DNA of 64,000 nt from assembly GCA_964430945.1 (NCBI GenBank), contig CAYSHH010000002.1, positions 2,037 through 66,036 on the forward strand. The letters run 5' to 3'. The notes beneath the pieces were generated by a model that worked only from the letters and a program-made list of their open reading frames with translations, searched no databases and had not been told where the DNA came from. Source of the stretch: an uncultured Candidatus Saccharibacteria bacterium (GTDB taxonomy: Bacteria > Patescibacteriota > UBA1384 > JAMDBS01 > CAYSHH01). A program made the position numbers and the translations under genes. Every line of letters starts with the position of its first letter. Positions within the stretch are counted from its first letter, which is position 1. Below are positions 8,681 through 18,209 of the stretch, piece after piece.

Positions 8681-9880
8681 ATGCAGATAGATGAAAAAGT
8701 TCAAACATTGAATTGGGTAGAAATTGATAAAAAGGCCATAAAATACAATATCAGGAATCTCAAGAGTCTAACACGTAAAAGAGTGAGGTTTATGAGTGTC
8801 GTAAAATCCGATGCATATGGGCATGGACTAGTAGAATTTTCTAAAATTGCAGTAGAATCTGGCGCAGATTATTTAGGGGTGGTGAACGTTGATGAAGCGA
8901 TAACACTTCGAAAAACAGGTATTAAAGTTCCAATTGTTGTTTTGGGATATGTTCCTGCTATTCGTGCACAAGATGCTCAAAAAAATGATATCGAAATTGC
9001 TATCACGTCACACGAACAAGCTGTAGAACTTATCAGACAAAGATTTAGTCCAAAACTTAAAGTACATGTCAAAGTTGAAACTGGTATTAATCGATTGGGT
9101 ATTCAGAAACAATATGTTCTTAGTGTTTTTAAAGAATTATCAAAATCTAAAAAAATAGAAATTGAGGGAATTTATTCTCATTTGGCTTCTGTCGAAGAGA
9201 ATAATCTTGATTATACGGGTGATCAATTCAAAGAATTTGGTGCAATTATTGAATCACTTGAAAAATATAACTTTAAAGTTAAGATTAAACACATTGCTGC
9301 GTCTGGAGCAAATCTTTTGTTTCCAGAATCACATTTTGATATTGTCCGATGTGGTATTGCATGTTATGGCCTTTGGCCGTCTGAAGAAAACAAAAAGAAT
9401 TTTTATGCCGAAGCTGATCTTGATACCCCTAGACCATTTTTAAAACCAGTACTTAGTTATAAGACAAGAGTTGCGCAAGTTAAAGAAGTCGCTGGAGGAT
9501 ATATTGGTTATGGATGTACATATCGAGTAACAAGAGCAATGAGAGTTGCAATACTTCCGATAGGTTACTATGAGGGTTTTGACAGAGGTTTATCTTGTGC
9601 TAGCAATAAGATCATGAATAAAAAAGAACAGTCAAGTTGTGGAGAGGTACTTATTGCTGGCAAACGATGCTCGGTAGTAGGAAGAGTTTGTATGAATATG
9701 ACAATTGTAGATGTATCGAAAATTAATCCAAAAGATATTCATATTGGGGATGAAGTTGTCATAATAGGTAGACAAGATAAAGAAAAAATAACTGTAGAAG
9801 AGATTGCTGACAAACTAGGTACGATTAATTATGAAATTATATCTCGTATACCCGGGCATATACCTAGATTTTATAAGTAA
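8681..9880 (+). CDS. alr: Alanine racemase
   Basis: VVKSDAYGHG PLP lysine, HVKVETGINRLG and GRVCMN. Start chosen after the ggag RBS. Confidence 0.96.
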   Translation: MQIDEKVQTLNWVEIDKKAIKYNIRNLKSLTRKRVRFMSVVKSDAYGHGLVEFSKIAVESGADYLGVVNVDEAITLRKTGIKVPIVVLGYVPAIRAQDAQKNDIEIAITSHEQAVELIRQRFSPKLKVHVKVETGINRLGIQKQYVLSVFKELSKSKKIEIEGIYSHLASVEENNLDYTGDQFKEFGAIIESLEKYNFKVKIKHIAASGANLLFPESHFDIVRCGIACYGLWPSEENKKNFYAEADLDTPRPFLKPVLSYKTRVAQVKEVAGGYIGYGCTYRVTRAMRVAILPIGYYEGFDRGLSCASNKIMNKKEQSSCGEVLIAGKRCSVVGRVCMNMTIVDVSKINPKDIHIGDEVVIIGRQDKEKITVEEIADKLGTINYEIISRIPGHIPRFYK

Positions 9881-9984
9881 ATTTTGACTGACATCTAATA
9901 TTTAAAAAGTAAGAACAATACTAAACAATTTATGACTTTTTAATCGCAGAGATGGATTATTAATTATTAATTTGAATTATCATA

Positions 9985-10788
9985 ATGAAGATCGGTGTTT
10001 TTGATTCTGGTTTTGGGGGGCTTACTGTTGTAAAGGATCTACTTCATGCATTTCCATTTGCCAAGATTATATATGTAGGTGATAGTGCTCGAGTACCATA
10101 TGGCAATAAAAGTAAAAAAACAATAATCGGATATTCGCTAGAGATAGCTGGTTTTCTTGTTTCTAAAAAAGTCGATGTAATAGTTGTGGCATGTAATACT
10201 GCTAGTTCAGTTGCGCTTAGTGCGGTTAAAAAGACCTCAAATATTCCAGTAGTGGGTATGATAGATCCGGTGGTTGATGAAGCTGTTAATTATCTAGGAC
10301 TTAGGAACGTCGGTGTGATTGGAACTAGTGGAACAATAAATTCTGGAGCCTATGAAAAGAAAATAAAAAAAATCGATAAAAAAATAAATGTAGTTTCACA
10401 ATCTTGTCCTCTTTTTGTACCAGTAGTTGAGGAAGGAATGCAAAATCATAAGATTACAAAAATTTTGGCCAAGGAGTATTTAAAAACAATTAAGGATGCC
10501 AAAGTAGATTGTGTGATATTGGGATGTACTCATTATCCATTGCTTTATGATGTAATACAAAAAACTTTAGGCAAAAAAGTAAAACTTCTTACATGTGGTG
10601 AGCCTGCTAGTCGAGAAGTGGGGAAAATGGTTGGGAAAGTCGGAGATATTATAAAAGGTAGAGGAAGAAATGTAAAACATGAATTTTACTCAACAGATGA
10701 TGTGCAAAAATTTCAAAAACTTGGATCTAAATTTTTAGGAAAGAAGATTGATAAAATTAAGAAATTGGATTTAGATAAAATAAATTGA
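9985..10788 (+). CDS. murI: Glutamate racemase
   Basis: FDSGFGGLTV, ACNTAS and LGCTHYP. Confidence 0.97.
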   Translation: MKIGVFDSGFGGLTVVKDLLHAFPFAKIIYVGDSARVPYGNKSKKTIIGYSLEIAGFLVSKKVDVIVVACNTASSVALSAVKKTSNIPVVGMIDPVVDEAVNYLGLRNVGVIGTSGTINSGAYEKKIKKIDKKINVVSQSCPLFVPVVEEGMQNHKITKILAKEYLKTIKDAKVDCVILGCTHYPLLYDVIQKTLGKKVKLLTCGEPASREVGKMVGKVGDIIKGRGRNVKHEFYSTDDVQKFQKLGSKFLGKKIDKIKKLDLDKIN

Positions 10789-10953
10789 TAAAAGAGTGCT
10801 TGTGCTTATTCAAAAAAAATGAATATAGATTGTTTAATTATGATTTTATAGTATGCTATTTGATAATAAATTATAAAAATTGATTCTTGACTTTAAGTAA
10901 CACTTAGGATATATTTGTATCAGTTTTTTAATAATGTATAAGGAGGAGCGGAA

Positions 10954-11244
10954 ATGTGTAATGCGGACATATCAATTGCTGAGATCGGTGACAGCGTATT
11001 TTTGTTTGGTCAACCGGGGTTATATTTTGAAGCTGTCAAGCTGTCATCGGGGAAATGGATAATAGAATCCAGCTTCGATGATGACGAAGGAGTAGAAGTT
11101 AAATTTGACAGAAGGTCAGGGACGTATACCACAGATCAGATAAAAGAAATGGTGAAAAAGAAAAAAAAGATAGCTACCGGAGTTCCTTTGGAAAAGGAAG
11201 AAATAGAATTTCTGGAAACGTTGTTTGAGACAAAGTGTGGTTAA
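10954..11244 (+). CDS. Hypothetical protein
   Basis: Strong aggagg RBS, upstream TTGACT promoter-like element and its own terminator. Confidence 0.7.
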   Translation: MCNADISIAEIGDSVFLFGQPGLYFEAVKLSSGKWIIESSFDDDEGVEVKFDRRSGTYTTDQIKEMVKKKKKIATGVPLEKEEIEFLETLFETKCG

Positions 11245-11256
11245 CATTTAATGTAT

Positions 11257-11278
11257 GAGGCGTAAGCCTCTTTTTTTT
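11257..11278 (+). terminator. Intrinsic terminator
   Basis: gaggc-gtaa-gcctc followed by T8. Confidence 0.8.
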
Positions 11279-11329
11279 ATCTTGTAAATAAGATATTATA
11301 AGGTTAAATTAATGTGGGAGATTAGAGTT

Positions 11330-12961
11330 ATGAAAAACGATAAAAAAAGTGATCTAATGGAAAAAATAGTTAATCTTTGTAAGCGTCGTGGGTTTATATT
11401 TCCTACTTCTGAGATTTATGGTGGTACACGTAGCGCTTGGGACTATGGTCCTCTTGGAGTACTTCTAAAAAATAATGTTAAAAAAGCATGGTGGACAGAT
11501 ATTGTGCAGAAGCGTGATGATATGGTGGGGCAAGATGCTGCAATTATTATGAATCCAAAAGTTTGGGAAGCATCTGGACATATTGGTAGTTTTCATGATC
11601 CACTTGTTGAGTGTAAAAAGTGTCATTCAAGATTTAGAGTCGATCATTTACCTGTAAATAACACAGATTATAAAAATAAAATTAAACTATTTAAGAAGTC
11701 TTTGGATAATATTCTTAATGAAGTAGAATTAGAACATTTTCCAGAAATTGATAAATTAATTAGTTTTGTGAAAATAGCTACTGAAAAAGTAAAAAATGAT
11801 CATCTTGATAAAGAGGAAAAAAGAATTATTAATGAAATGGTAATTGATGCAAAAGGAAAAATTGAGAAGGAATTGAACGTTACTAAAACAAAAATTGATA
11901 TTCATAGTAAGTTATTAAATGATTTTGTTAATGCACCTAAAATGGTTGGTTTGATTAGTAAATTGTACTTAAATGATGATGTTCGTTGTCCGGATTGTAG
12001 GTTAAAGGATTGGGATATTCCCAAGCAATTTAACCTTATGTTTAAAACATTTCTAGGTCCGGCAGAAGATAGTGCTCATGTGGCATATCTAAGACCAGAA
12101 ACAGCACAAGGAATATTTGTAAATTTTAAGACAATATTGGAAACTTCACGCAAAAAATTACCATTTGGTATAGCACAGATCGGTAAAGCTTTTAGAAATG
12201 AGATAACACCAGGAAACTTCACATTTAGAACTCGTGAATTCGAACAGATGGAAATAGAATATTTTGTGAAACCAGATGAGTCCGAAAAAGCCCATAAAAC
12301 TTGGCTTGATATGCGATTTGATTGGTATAAACAATATGGTATCAAAGAAGATAATTTACGACTCAGGAAACACGAAAAAGATGAGTTGGCACATTACGCA
12401 AAAGACTGTTCGGATGTTGAATATAAATTTCCAATGGGATGGAGTGAACTAGAGGGTATTGCTAACCGTGGAGATTATGACCTTAAACAACATGAAAAAT
12501 TTTCTGGCAAGGATATGAAATATTTTGATGAAGAAAAGAAAGAGAAATATTTTCCCTCAGTTATTGAACCATCTGCTGGTGCTGATAGGGCGACTTTAGC
12601 GTTTTTGGTTGATGCGTATAGCGAGAATGAAAAAGGTGAGATATTTTTGCGATTACATCCGAAATTAGCTCCTTATAAAGTTGCTATATTGCCACTTGTA
12701 AAAAAAGATGAAAAAATTTTGAAAATTGCGAAAGATTTGCATAATGAACTCAAAGAAGAGTGGTTTGTCAGTTACGATGAAACTGGCTCAGTTGGTAAGA
12801 GATATAGAAAACAGGATGAGATTGGTACCCCATGGTGTGTGACAGTAGATTTTGATAGCTTGAAAGACAAATCAGTTACGATTCGCGATCGAGATACTAT
12901 GAAGCAAGAGAGAGTGAAGATCAGTGAAGTTAAAACTTGGGTGGAAAAGAAATTGATTTAA
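11330..12961 (+). CDS. glyQS: Glycine--tRNA ligase, homodimeric (alpha2) type, with a large insertion
   Basis: LCKRRGF, YLRPETAQG, FRNEITP, REFEQME, ELEGIANR and IEPSAG motifs, plus a C-terminal anticodon-binding domain. Confidence 0.97.
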   Translation: MKNDKKSDLMEKIVNLCKRRGFIFPTSEIYGGTRSAWDYGPLGVLLKNNVKKAWWTDIVQKRDDMVGQDAAIIMNPKVWEASGHIGSFHDPLVECKKCHSRFRVDHLPVNNTDYKNKIKLFKKSLDNILNEVELEHFPEIDKLISFVKIATEKVKNDHLDKEEKRIINEMVIDAKGKIEKELNVTKTKIDIHSKLLNDFVNAPKMVGLISKLYLNDDVRCPDCRLKDWDIPKQFNLMFKTFLGPAEDSAHVAYLRPETAQGIFVNFKTILETSRKKLPFGIAQIGKAFRNEITPGNFTFRTREFEQMEIEYFVKPDESEKAHKTWLDMRFDWYKQYGIKEDNLRLRKHEKDELAHYAKDCSDVEYKFPMGWSELEGIANRGDYDLKQHEKFSGKDMKYFDEEKKEKYFPSVIEPSAGADRATLAFLVDAYSENEKGEIFLRLHPKLAPYKVAILPLVKKDEKILKIAKDLHNELKEEWFVSYDETGSVGKRYRKQDEIGTPWCVTVDFDSLKDKSVTIRDRDTMKQERVKISEVKTWVEKKLI

Positions 12962-13416
12962 TGAACAATCTAATTAATTTCTTATTTTTGGCTAATCGAA
13001 ATACCTATGCAACTGGAGATAGTACGAAGAACATTAAAGAGAAAGATGGCTCAACAACTTTAATTTTTAAGAAGGGCGATTACAAATTTCATGATAATTA
13101 TTTTGGTGGGGAGCCGTTTGGAGGACGAGAAGTTATTTTTTATAAAAACAAACCGGTGTGGATGATGGTATATTATGGGAGGGTGGTGGATAAAACATTG
13201 GATGTAAAAAAAATATATGAATTTTTACAAAAATCATTGATGCGATGCCCAGAAGATAAACCTTTTCGTGGTCCAGAAAAATTTAAAGAAAACGAATTTG
13301 AATACGGAAACAAGATTAATGGTAGTCATCGATGTTTTAATGGTTCTGAAGAAATAACATTTCAAGGAAAAAAAGTATACGAGGCAAAATATGTTGGTGG
13401 AGAAATAAACAAATAA
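12961..13416 (+). CDS. DUF5680-like protein
   Basis: TYA, DNYFGGEPFGGRE, VWMMVYYG and PFRGP motifs. The ATG overlaps the glyQS stop. Confidence 0.7.
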   Translation: MNNLINFLFLANRNTYATGDSTKNIKEKDGSTTLIFKKGDYKFHDNYFGGEPFGGREVIFYKNKPVWMMVYYGRVVDKTLDVKKIYEFLQKSLMRCPEDKPFRGPEKFKENEFEYGNKINGSHRCFNGSEEITFQGKKVYEAKYVGGEINK

Positions 13417-13431
13417 TTTGATAGGAGTGAT

Positions 13432-13605
13432 ATGAGAAAAGTTCCGCCGAGTGAATATGAAATTGCTCGAATGCTAGCACAAAGCAAATCAAATGATAAA
13501 GATAAAGTTAAGGAAATTAAAAAACCAGATCATAAGGGTAGTTTTATCATTGATTCAAAGCGTCTAATTAATGATATATTTAGACCAAATAGAGAAACGA
13601 GATAG
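13432..13605 (+). CDS. Small hypothetical protein (57 aa, not in ORF track)
   Basis: aggagtga RBS; MRKVPPSEYEIARMLAQSK...FRPNRETR*; a hairpin overlaps the stop. Confidence 0.55.
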   Translation: MRKVPPSEYEIARMLAQSKSNDKDKVKEIKKPDHKGSFIIDSKRLINDIFRPNRETR

Positions 13606-13649
13606 AATATCTCTCGTTCTTTAATAATTTGTTAATGGAGGAATGACGT

Positions 13650-14195
13650 ATGTGTGAAAAAGATGATGTTTTGTCTGAAAATAATTCTGTGCTCAGAGAG
13701 GAAGAACCAAATCGTTGGGATATTGCCCTAGACAGTCTTGACGCGTATTATAGTTCTTTTCCTGAGAGCAAGCCAAGTGCTTGTTTTCTGATGAGATTAA
13801 TTTTTCAAATATTGTATAGTATGTTTGGGATCACTGTCTATAATCAGAAACTTTTTCATGAGATTATCTATAAGATAAAAAGTGAGAATAGTACTGATTT
13901 GTTTGTAAATAGTATCATGGAGCAAATAACCTTTGGTTATCGTAATTATTATGGTACGAGAATAATGTATAGCGACGAGCTAGATGTTGCTATTACCGAA
14001 TTTCAAAATAGTGGCATTATTGCCCTTGATGCCGCTGATAATTATCACAGTTTCAAATACTTACCAGGTGAGAAAAGGGATTATTTGGAAATTATCGATG
14101 TCTTTGCCAAAGAAGCAAAAGAAAAATACAATATTGAAATTAAAAGTGATGAATTAACGCGATTTATTGAAAAAATTATTATTCATTTTACCTAA
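13650..14195 (+). CDS. Hypothetical protein
   Basis: ggagga RBS, 181 aa, followed by a terminator. Confidence 0.7.
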   Translation: MCEKDDVLSENNSVLREEEPNRWDIALDSLDAYYSSFPESKPSACFLMRLIFQILYSMFGITVYNQKLFHEIIYKIKSENSTDLFVNSIMEQITFGYRNYYGTRIMYSDELDVAITEFQNSGIIALDAADNYHSFKYLPGEKRDYLEIIDVFAKEAKEKYNIEIKSDELTRFIEKIIIHFT

Positions 14196-14223
14196 TAATC
14201 ATTTTTTTGGAAATATTGATATT

Positions 14224-14248
14224 GCGACCTAAAAGGGTCGCTTTTTTT
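14224..14248 (+). terminator. Intrinsic terminator
   Basis: gcgacc-taaaag-ggtcgc followed by T7. Confidence 0.8.
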
Positions 14249-14264
14249 ATGAAATTTTCCACCT

Positions 14265-14350
14265 TTGACATGTGGTGAACGTAGGTTGTATAATGTATGC
14301 AAATGGTGAAATGTGGAAAAAAGTGGGGAAAAATGGGGAGAATGGTGGAA
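14265..14350 (+). promoter_or_regulatory. dcw promoter with MraZ-binding repeats
   Basis: TTGACA 14265-14270 and TATAAT 14289-14294, then (A/G)TGG units at a 10-nt period (aaatggtgaa atgtggaaaa aagtggggaa aaatggggag), like known MraZ GTGG boxes. Confidence 0.8.
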
Positions 14351-14451
14351 AACTAAATATTCAAACCATATATAATCAACATATAATTTCTTGCATTTTT
14401 TCTCATTTGTCAAAAACAATGATTATCAAATACAAGTAATAAGTTACAAAA

Positions 14452-14883
14452 ATGTTTATCGGAGAATACGAACACTCAATTGATACTAAAGGAAGAATGG
14501 CAGTACCTGCTAAGTTTCGTGCTAAGCTTGCTTCTGGTGCAGTTGTAACTCGCGGGCTTGATAAATGTCTATTTCTTTACGCAAGGGAAGAGTGGGAAAA
14601 AATTGCTGAAAAACTTGCCAATCTTCCCTTGAGTAAATCAAACGCTCGAGCTTTTGCTCGACTTATGCTTGCTGGAGCTATGGAAGTAGAGATTGATAAA
14701 CAAGGGCGAATTAACTTGCCAAAATATCTTACAAAATATGCATCAGTTTCGGTCAAAGCTATAATAGCCGGTCTATACAACCGCTTGGAAATATGGAATC
14801 CAAAAGATTGGGATGAATACAAAGAAAAAGCCGAAGAAGGAAGCTCGGAAATAGTTGAAGAGCTGGGTGAACTTGGAGTTTAG
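14452..14883 (+). CDS. mraZ: Division/cell wall cluster repressor MraZ
   Basis: MFIGEYEHSIDTKGR and DKQGRI duplicated AbrB motifs. Confidence 0.98.
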   Translation: MFIGEYEHSIDTKGRMAVPAKFRAKLASGAVVTRGLDKCLFLYAREEWEKIAEKLANLPLSKSNARAFARLMLAGAMEVEIDKQGRINLPKYLTKYASVSVKAIIAGLYNRLEIWNPKDWDEYKEKAEEGSSEIVEELGELGV

Positions 14884-15211
14884 CAAAGAATAATTTAAAA
14901 GCTGTAAATAAACATTAAAAATAAAATATTGACTGCAGATTTTATTCTTGGATTGTAACACATAGTAAATCAATGAATAAAATCTGTGGTGAAATGCCAT
15001 AGTCTCCAAGTTTTCAGCAGAAAGCGAAGGAGGGGCAAACTTAAAATTATTCCCTATATTTAAAAAGGGACAAAAACAAAAATAAGGAAAATACCGTATC
15101 TTCGTTCTGATTTATGGGGAGGGTAAGATACGGTATTCAATCCTTTGGTTGGATAAATATAATTTTATAAAAATACGGATATCGGATAATAAAGATTGGT
15201 TTTTAAAAAAT

Positions 15212-16072
15212 ATGAAACATATTTCGGTCATGATTAAAGAGGTAATGGATCAACTTAATCCAAAGATAGGGGGAAAATATATTGATGCGACTTGTGGTGA
15301 AGGTGGGCACACTAAAGAAATCTTAGAGAAGATCGGAAAAGACGGTAAAGTGCTTGCAATAGATCAGAGTGTAGAAAGTATTGAAAAAGCAAAAGTTGTA
15401 TTAAAAAAATATGAATCGCAAATTATATTTGAAAACAGTAATTTTTCACACATAAAAGAGATTGCTGACAAATATAATTTTAACAGTGTGGATGGAATTA
15501 TTTATGACTTGGGGCTGGTTAGTTGGCAGATAGATGATAGTGACCTTGGAATAAGTTTTTCCAGAGATGCAAAGCTTGATATGAGAACTAATCCTGAAGC
15601 TAAGACAATGGCAAGAGAAATAGTTAACAAATTTAGTATAAAAAAGATTGCTGATATTCTTTATCAATATGGTGATGTAAAAGGAAGCTGGTCGGTTGCA
15701 AGAAGAATTGAGCTTGCGAGAAGAAGTAAACAAATTGAGACGACAACTGAACTTAAAGAGGCATTAAAGACGAATAATCCTAAAATATTAGCACCTGTAT
15801 TTCAAGCCTTCAGAATATATGTGAATAGCGAGTATGACAATTTAACACAATCGCTTGGAGACGCAATAAAACTAGTGCGTACAGGAGGACATATAGTAGT
15901 GATTTCATTCCATAGTGGTGAAGATAGAATAGTAAAAAACATATTTAGACAAGCCAAAAAGGATAAAAAAGCTAAAATAATTACTAAAAAACCAATAAGT
16001 ACAACTGATATTGAGATTTCTAATAATTCAAGATCAAGGAGTGCGAAACTAAGATCAATTCAAATAATATAA
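15212..16072 (+). CDS. rsmH: 16S rRNA m4C1402 methyltransferase
   Basis: HISVM, DATCGEGGH, DLG, LDMR, FQAFRI.VN, ISFHSGEDRIVK and SRSAKLR. Start moved to MKHISV. Confidence 0.96.
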   Translation: MKHISVMIKEVMDQLNPKIGGKYIDATCGEGGHTKEILEKIGKDGKVLAIDQSVESIEKAKVVLKKYESQIIFENSNFSHIKEIADKYNFNSVDGIIYDLGLVSWQIDDSDLGISFSRDAKLDMRTNPEAKTMAREIVNKFSIKKIADILYQYGDVKGSWSVARRIELARRSKQIETTTELKEALKTNNPKILAPVFQAFRIYVNSEYDNLTQSLGDAIKLVRTGGHIVVISFHSGEDRIVKNIFRQAKKDKKAKIITKKPISTTDIEISNNSRSRSAKLRSIQII

Positions 16073-16078
16073 AAAAAC

Positions 16079-16411
16079 ATGAATTTTATAAAAAACAAAA
16101 GAGAAAACAATTTTCGAAAAAGAACAGTTACTAAAGATATTTCTGTTGGACCGCTTACTTTAAGATTTATTACAGTGATAATTATTGCTGCATTGTGTAT
16201 ATTGTATCTAGCCCAGTCGACACAAGGTGCTACAGAGAATTATCAATTAAGAGAGATGGAACAAACAAAAAAGGAAATTGAAAAGGAAAATGAGCGATTG
16301 GGTGTTGAAGCTGTAAGATTGCAAGCATTAAAAGATATCGATGTAAACCGTGATAAAAAGGATGAGGAAAAAGAATTCGAAGAAGCTAATAATTCAGAAT
16401 ACGTAGAATAG
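16079..16411 (+). CDS. FtsL-like cell division protein
   Basis: Single TM helix followed by a coiled coil, between rsmH and the PBP gene. Confidence 0.7.
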   Translation: MNFIKNKRENNFRKRTVTKDISVGPLTLRFITVIIIAALCILYLAQSTQGATENYQLREMEQTKKEIEKENERLGVEAVRLQALKDIDVNRDKKDEEKEFEEANNSEYVE

Positions 16412-16431
16412 TATTTAATTTTAATATTATA

Positions 16432-18162
16432 ATGTATAGAGCAAATAATTTTCAAAAAAGAAATTCTATGATCGAAACAAGGATTTCTTTTTTAGTTTTA
16501 GCGATAATAATTTTTATAGTTATTTTTACCGCTCAATTTTTTTCTAAAAGTATATTGGATCATACTAGCATTTCTGCATGGGCCAAAGATCAATATATTA
16601 TAGAAGAACAACTTCCTTATGAGAGGGGGGAAATATTTTTAAGTGATAAAAAATATCCAAGCGGATATTATCCAATGGCACTTAACGATGATAGGTATCA
16701 AGTTTTAGTTGTGCCTAAAAATGTTGTAAATCCTAGGAATACAGCTGATAAACTATCTCAAATGATTGGGAAAGATAGCAACGAAATATTTGATGAAATC
16801 AATAATGATAAATTATATGTGCCACCGATAGCTAAAGGGTTGGATAAGGAAAAAGCAGATGCAATAGTGCAGGCAAATTTAGAAGGTGTAATGATAATGG
16901 CCGAACAAGCAAGACTTTATCCAGAAGATAATCTCGCATCACAGGTAATGGGATTTGTAGATGCAGGGGGTATAGGCAGATATGGACTTGAGGGATATTA
17001 TAATGATGATCTTACTGGAAAAAGTGGAGAGATTTCTGCTGAGAAAGATATTTTAGGAAGATTTATATCGATTGGTAGTCAAGTGGATCCTGAAGATGGA
17101 GCCAATATTTATTCGACTATTGATCGAAATATTCAATACGTTTCTCAAGAATATCTTAAAAATGCAATATCTGAGATGCAAGCTGATGATGGTACAATTA
17201 TTATTGTTAATCCGGAAGATGGAAGTATACTTAGTATGGCTTCTACGCCAGATTTCAATCCAAATGAATATGATAAGGTGGCCGAGGAACATCCCGATTA
17301 TTTTACAAATTCTGTGGTGTCTGACGTTTGGGAGCCGGGATCGATCATGAAACCGATTGTAATGAGCATGGCTATTGATCTCGGCAAAGTTGAGCCAGAT
17401 ACACAAGATAATTTTGGCGGGTCAGTAACCATACAGGGCTATACAATAAAAAATGCGATGGATAGAACGTTTGGTAGGGAAACAATGACAAAAGTTTTAG
17501 AAAATTCAGACAATATAGCTATGACCTGGTTGAGTCAAAAAATGTCTGACGAGGAGATGTATAATTACTTTAGTGATTATGGTTTTGGAAATTATAGTGG
17601 TATTGATCTTGAAGGTGATGCAACGGGATACATACTCGATCTTGCTGATTGGAGAGAGATCAGTCATGCGACAATGTCTTTCGGACAGGGTATTTCTGTA
17701 ACACCGTTGCAGATGGTAATGGCATTTTCTACTTTGGCCAATGATGGTAAATTGATGAAACCACGCGTGGTCAATAAAATTGTTAAGTCGAATGGTGAGG
17801 AAATAAATATTGGTCCTGAAGAGGTAAAACAAGTTGTTAAGGAGGAAACCGCAAACAAGATCACAGATATGCTTGTATCGGTAGTTAATAATGGATATGA
17901 TTTACAGGGGCGCGTTGAAGGATATAAAATTGCCGGTAAGACAGGTACAGCTCAAATACCTGATGAGAATGGTGGATACAAGGAAAAAGAGTTTATTCAT
18001 TCTTTTGCAGGTTATTTTCCAGCAGATGATCCTCAATATACGATGCTTATAATACTCAAAAACCCAAAAAAGTATAATTTTGCGTCAAGTACGTGCGCTC
18101 CATATTTTTCCAAGCTTGCCCGTTGGCTTTTAAATTATTCAGAAATTAAACCTACAAATTGA
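16432..18162 (+). CDS. ftsI: Class B penicillin-binding protein (FtsI/PBP2)
   Basis: RGEI, GLEGYY, EPGSIMK (SxxK), SDN and KTGTAQ; dcw position. Confidence 0.9.
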   Translation: MYRANNFQKRNSMIETRISFLVLAIIIFIVIFTAQFFSKSILDHTSISAWAKDQYIIEEQLPYERGEIFLSDKKYPSGYYPMALNDDRYQVLVVPKNVVNPRNTADKLSQMIGKDSNEIFDEINNDKLYVPPIAKGLDKEKADAIVQANLEGVMIMAEQARLYPEDNLASQVMGFVDAGGIGRYGLEGYYNDDLTGKSGEISAEKDILGRFISIGSQVDPEDGANIYSTIDRNIQYVSQEYLKNAISEMQADDGTIIIVNPEDGSILSMASTPDFNPNEYDKVAEEHPDYFTNSVVSDVWEPGSIMKPIVMSMAIDLGKVEPDTQDNFGGSVTIQGYTIKNAMDRTFGRETMTKVLENSDNIAMTWLSQKMSDEEMYNYFSDYGFGNYSGIDLEGDATGYILDLADWREISHATMSFGQGISVTPLQMVMAFSTLANDGKLMKPRVVNKIVKSNGEEINIGPEEVKQVVKEETANKITDMLVSVVNNGYDLQGRVEGYKIAGKTGTAQIPDENGGYKEKEFIHSFAGYFPADDPQYTMLIILKNPKKYNFASSTCAPYFSKLARWLLNYSEIKPTN

Positions 18163-18209
18163 TATAAAAACATTGAAAAAATGATTTTTTTAAGGTATGA
18201 TCCTTGGTT

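Noticed and set aside
11651-11986. GlyRS insert considered as an intein or intron
   Set aside because: In frame, with no intein splice residues, no homing-endonuclease motif and no intron structure seen.
14301-14350. 10-nt periodic repeats considered as CRISPR or iterons
   Set aside because: No spacers or cas genes. Position and sequence fit MraZ operator boxes.
15030-15078. gggcaaac...gggac resembling a c-di-GMP-I riboswitch P1
   Set aside because: No GAAA-capped P1 stem, no GACGCAAAG junction and no P2 stem. The match is only superficial.
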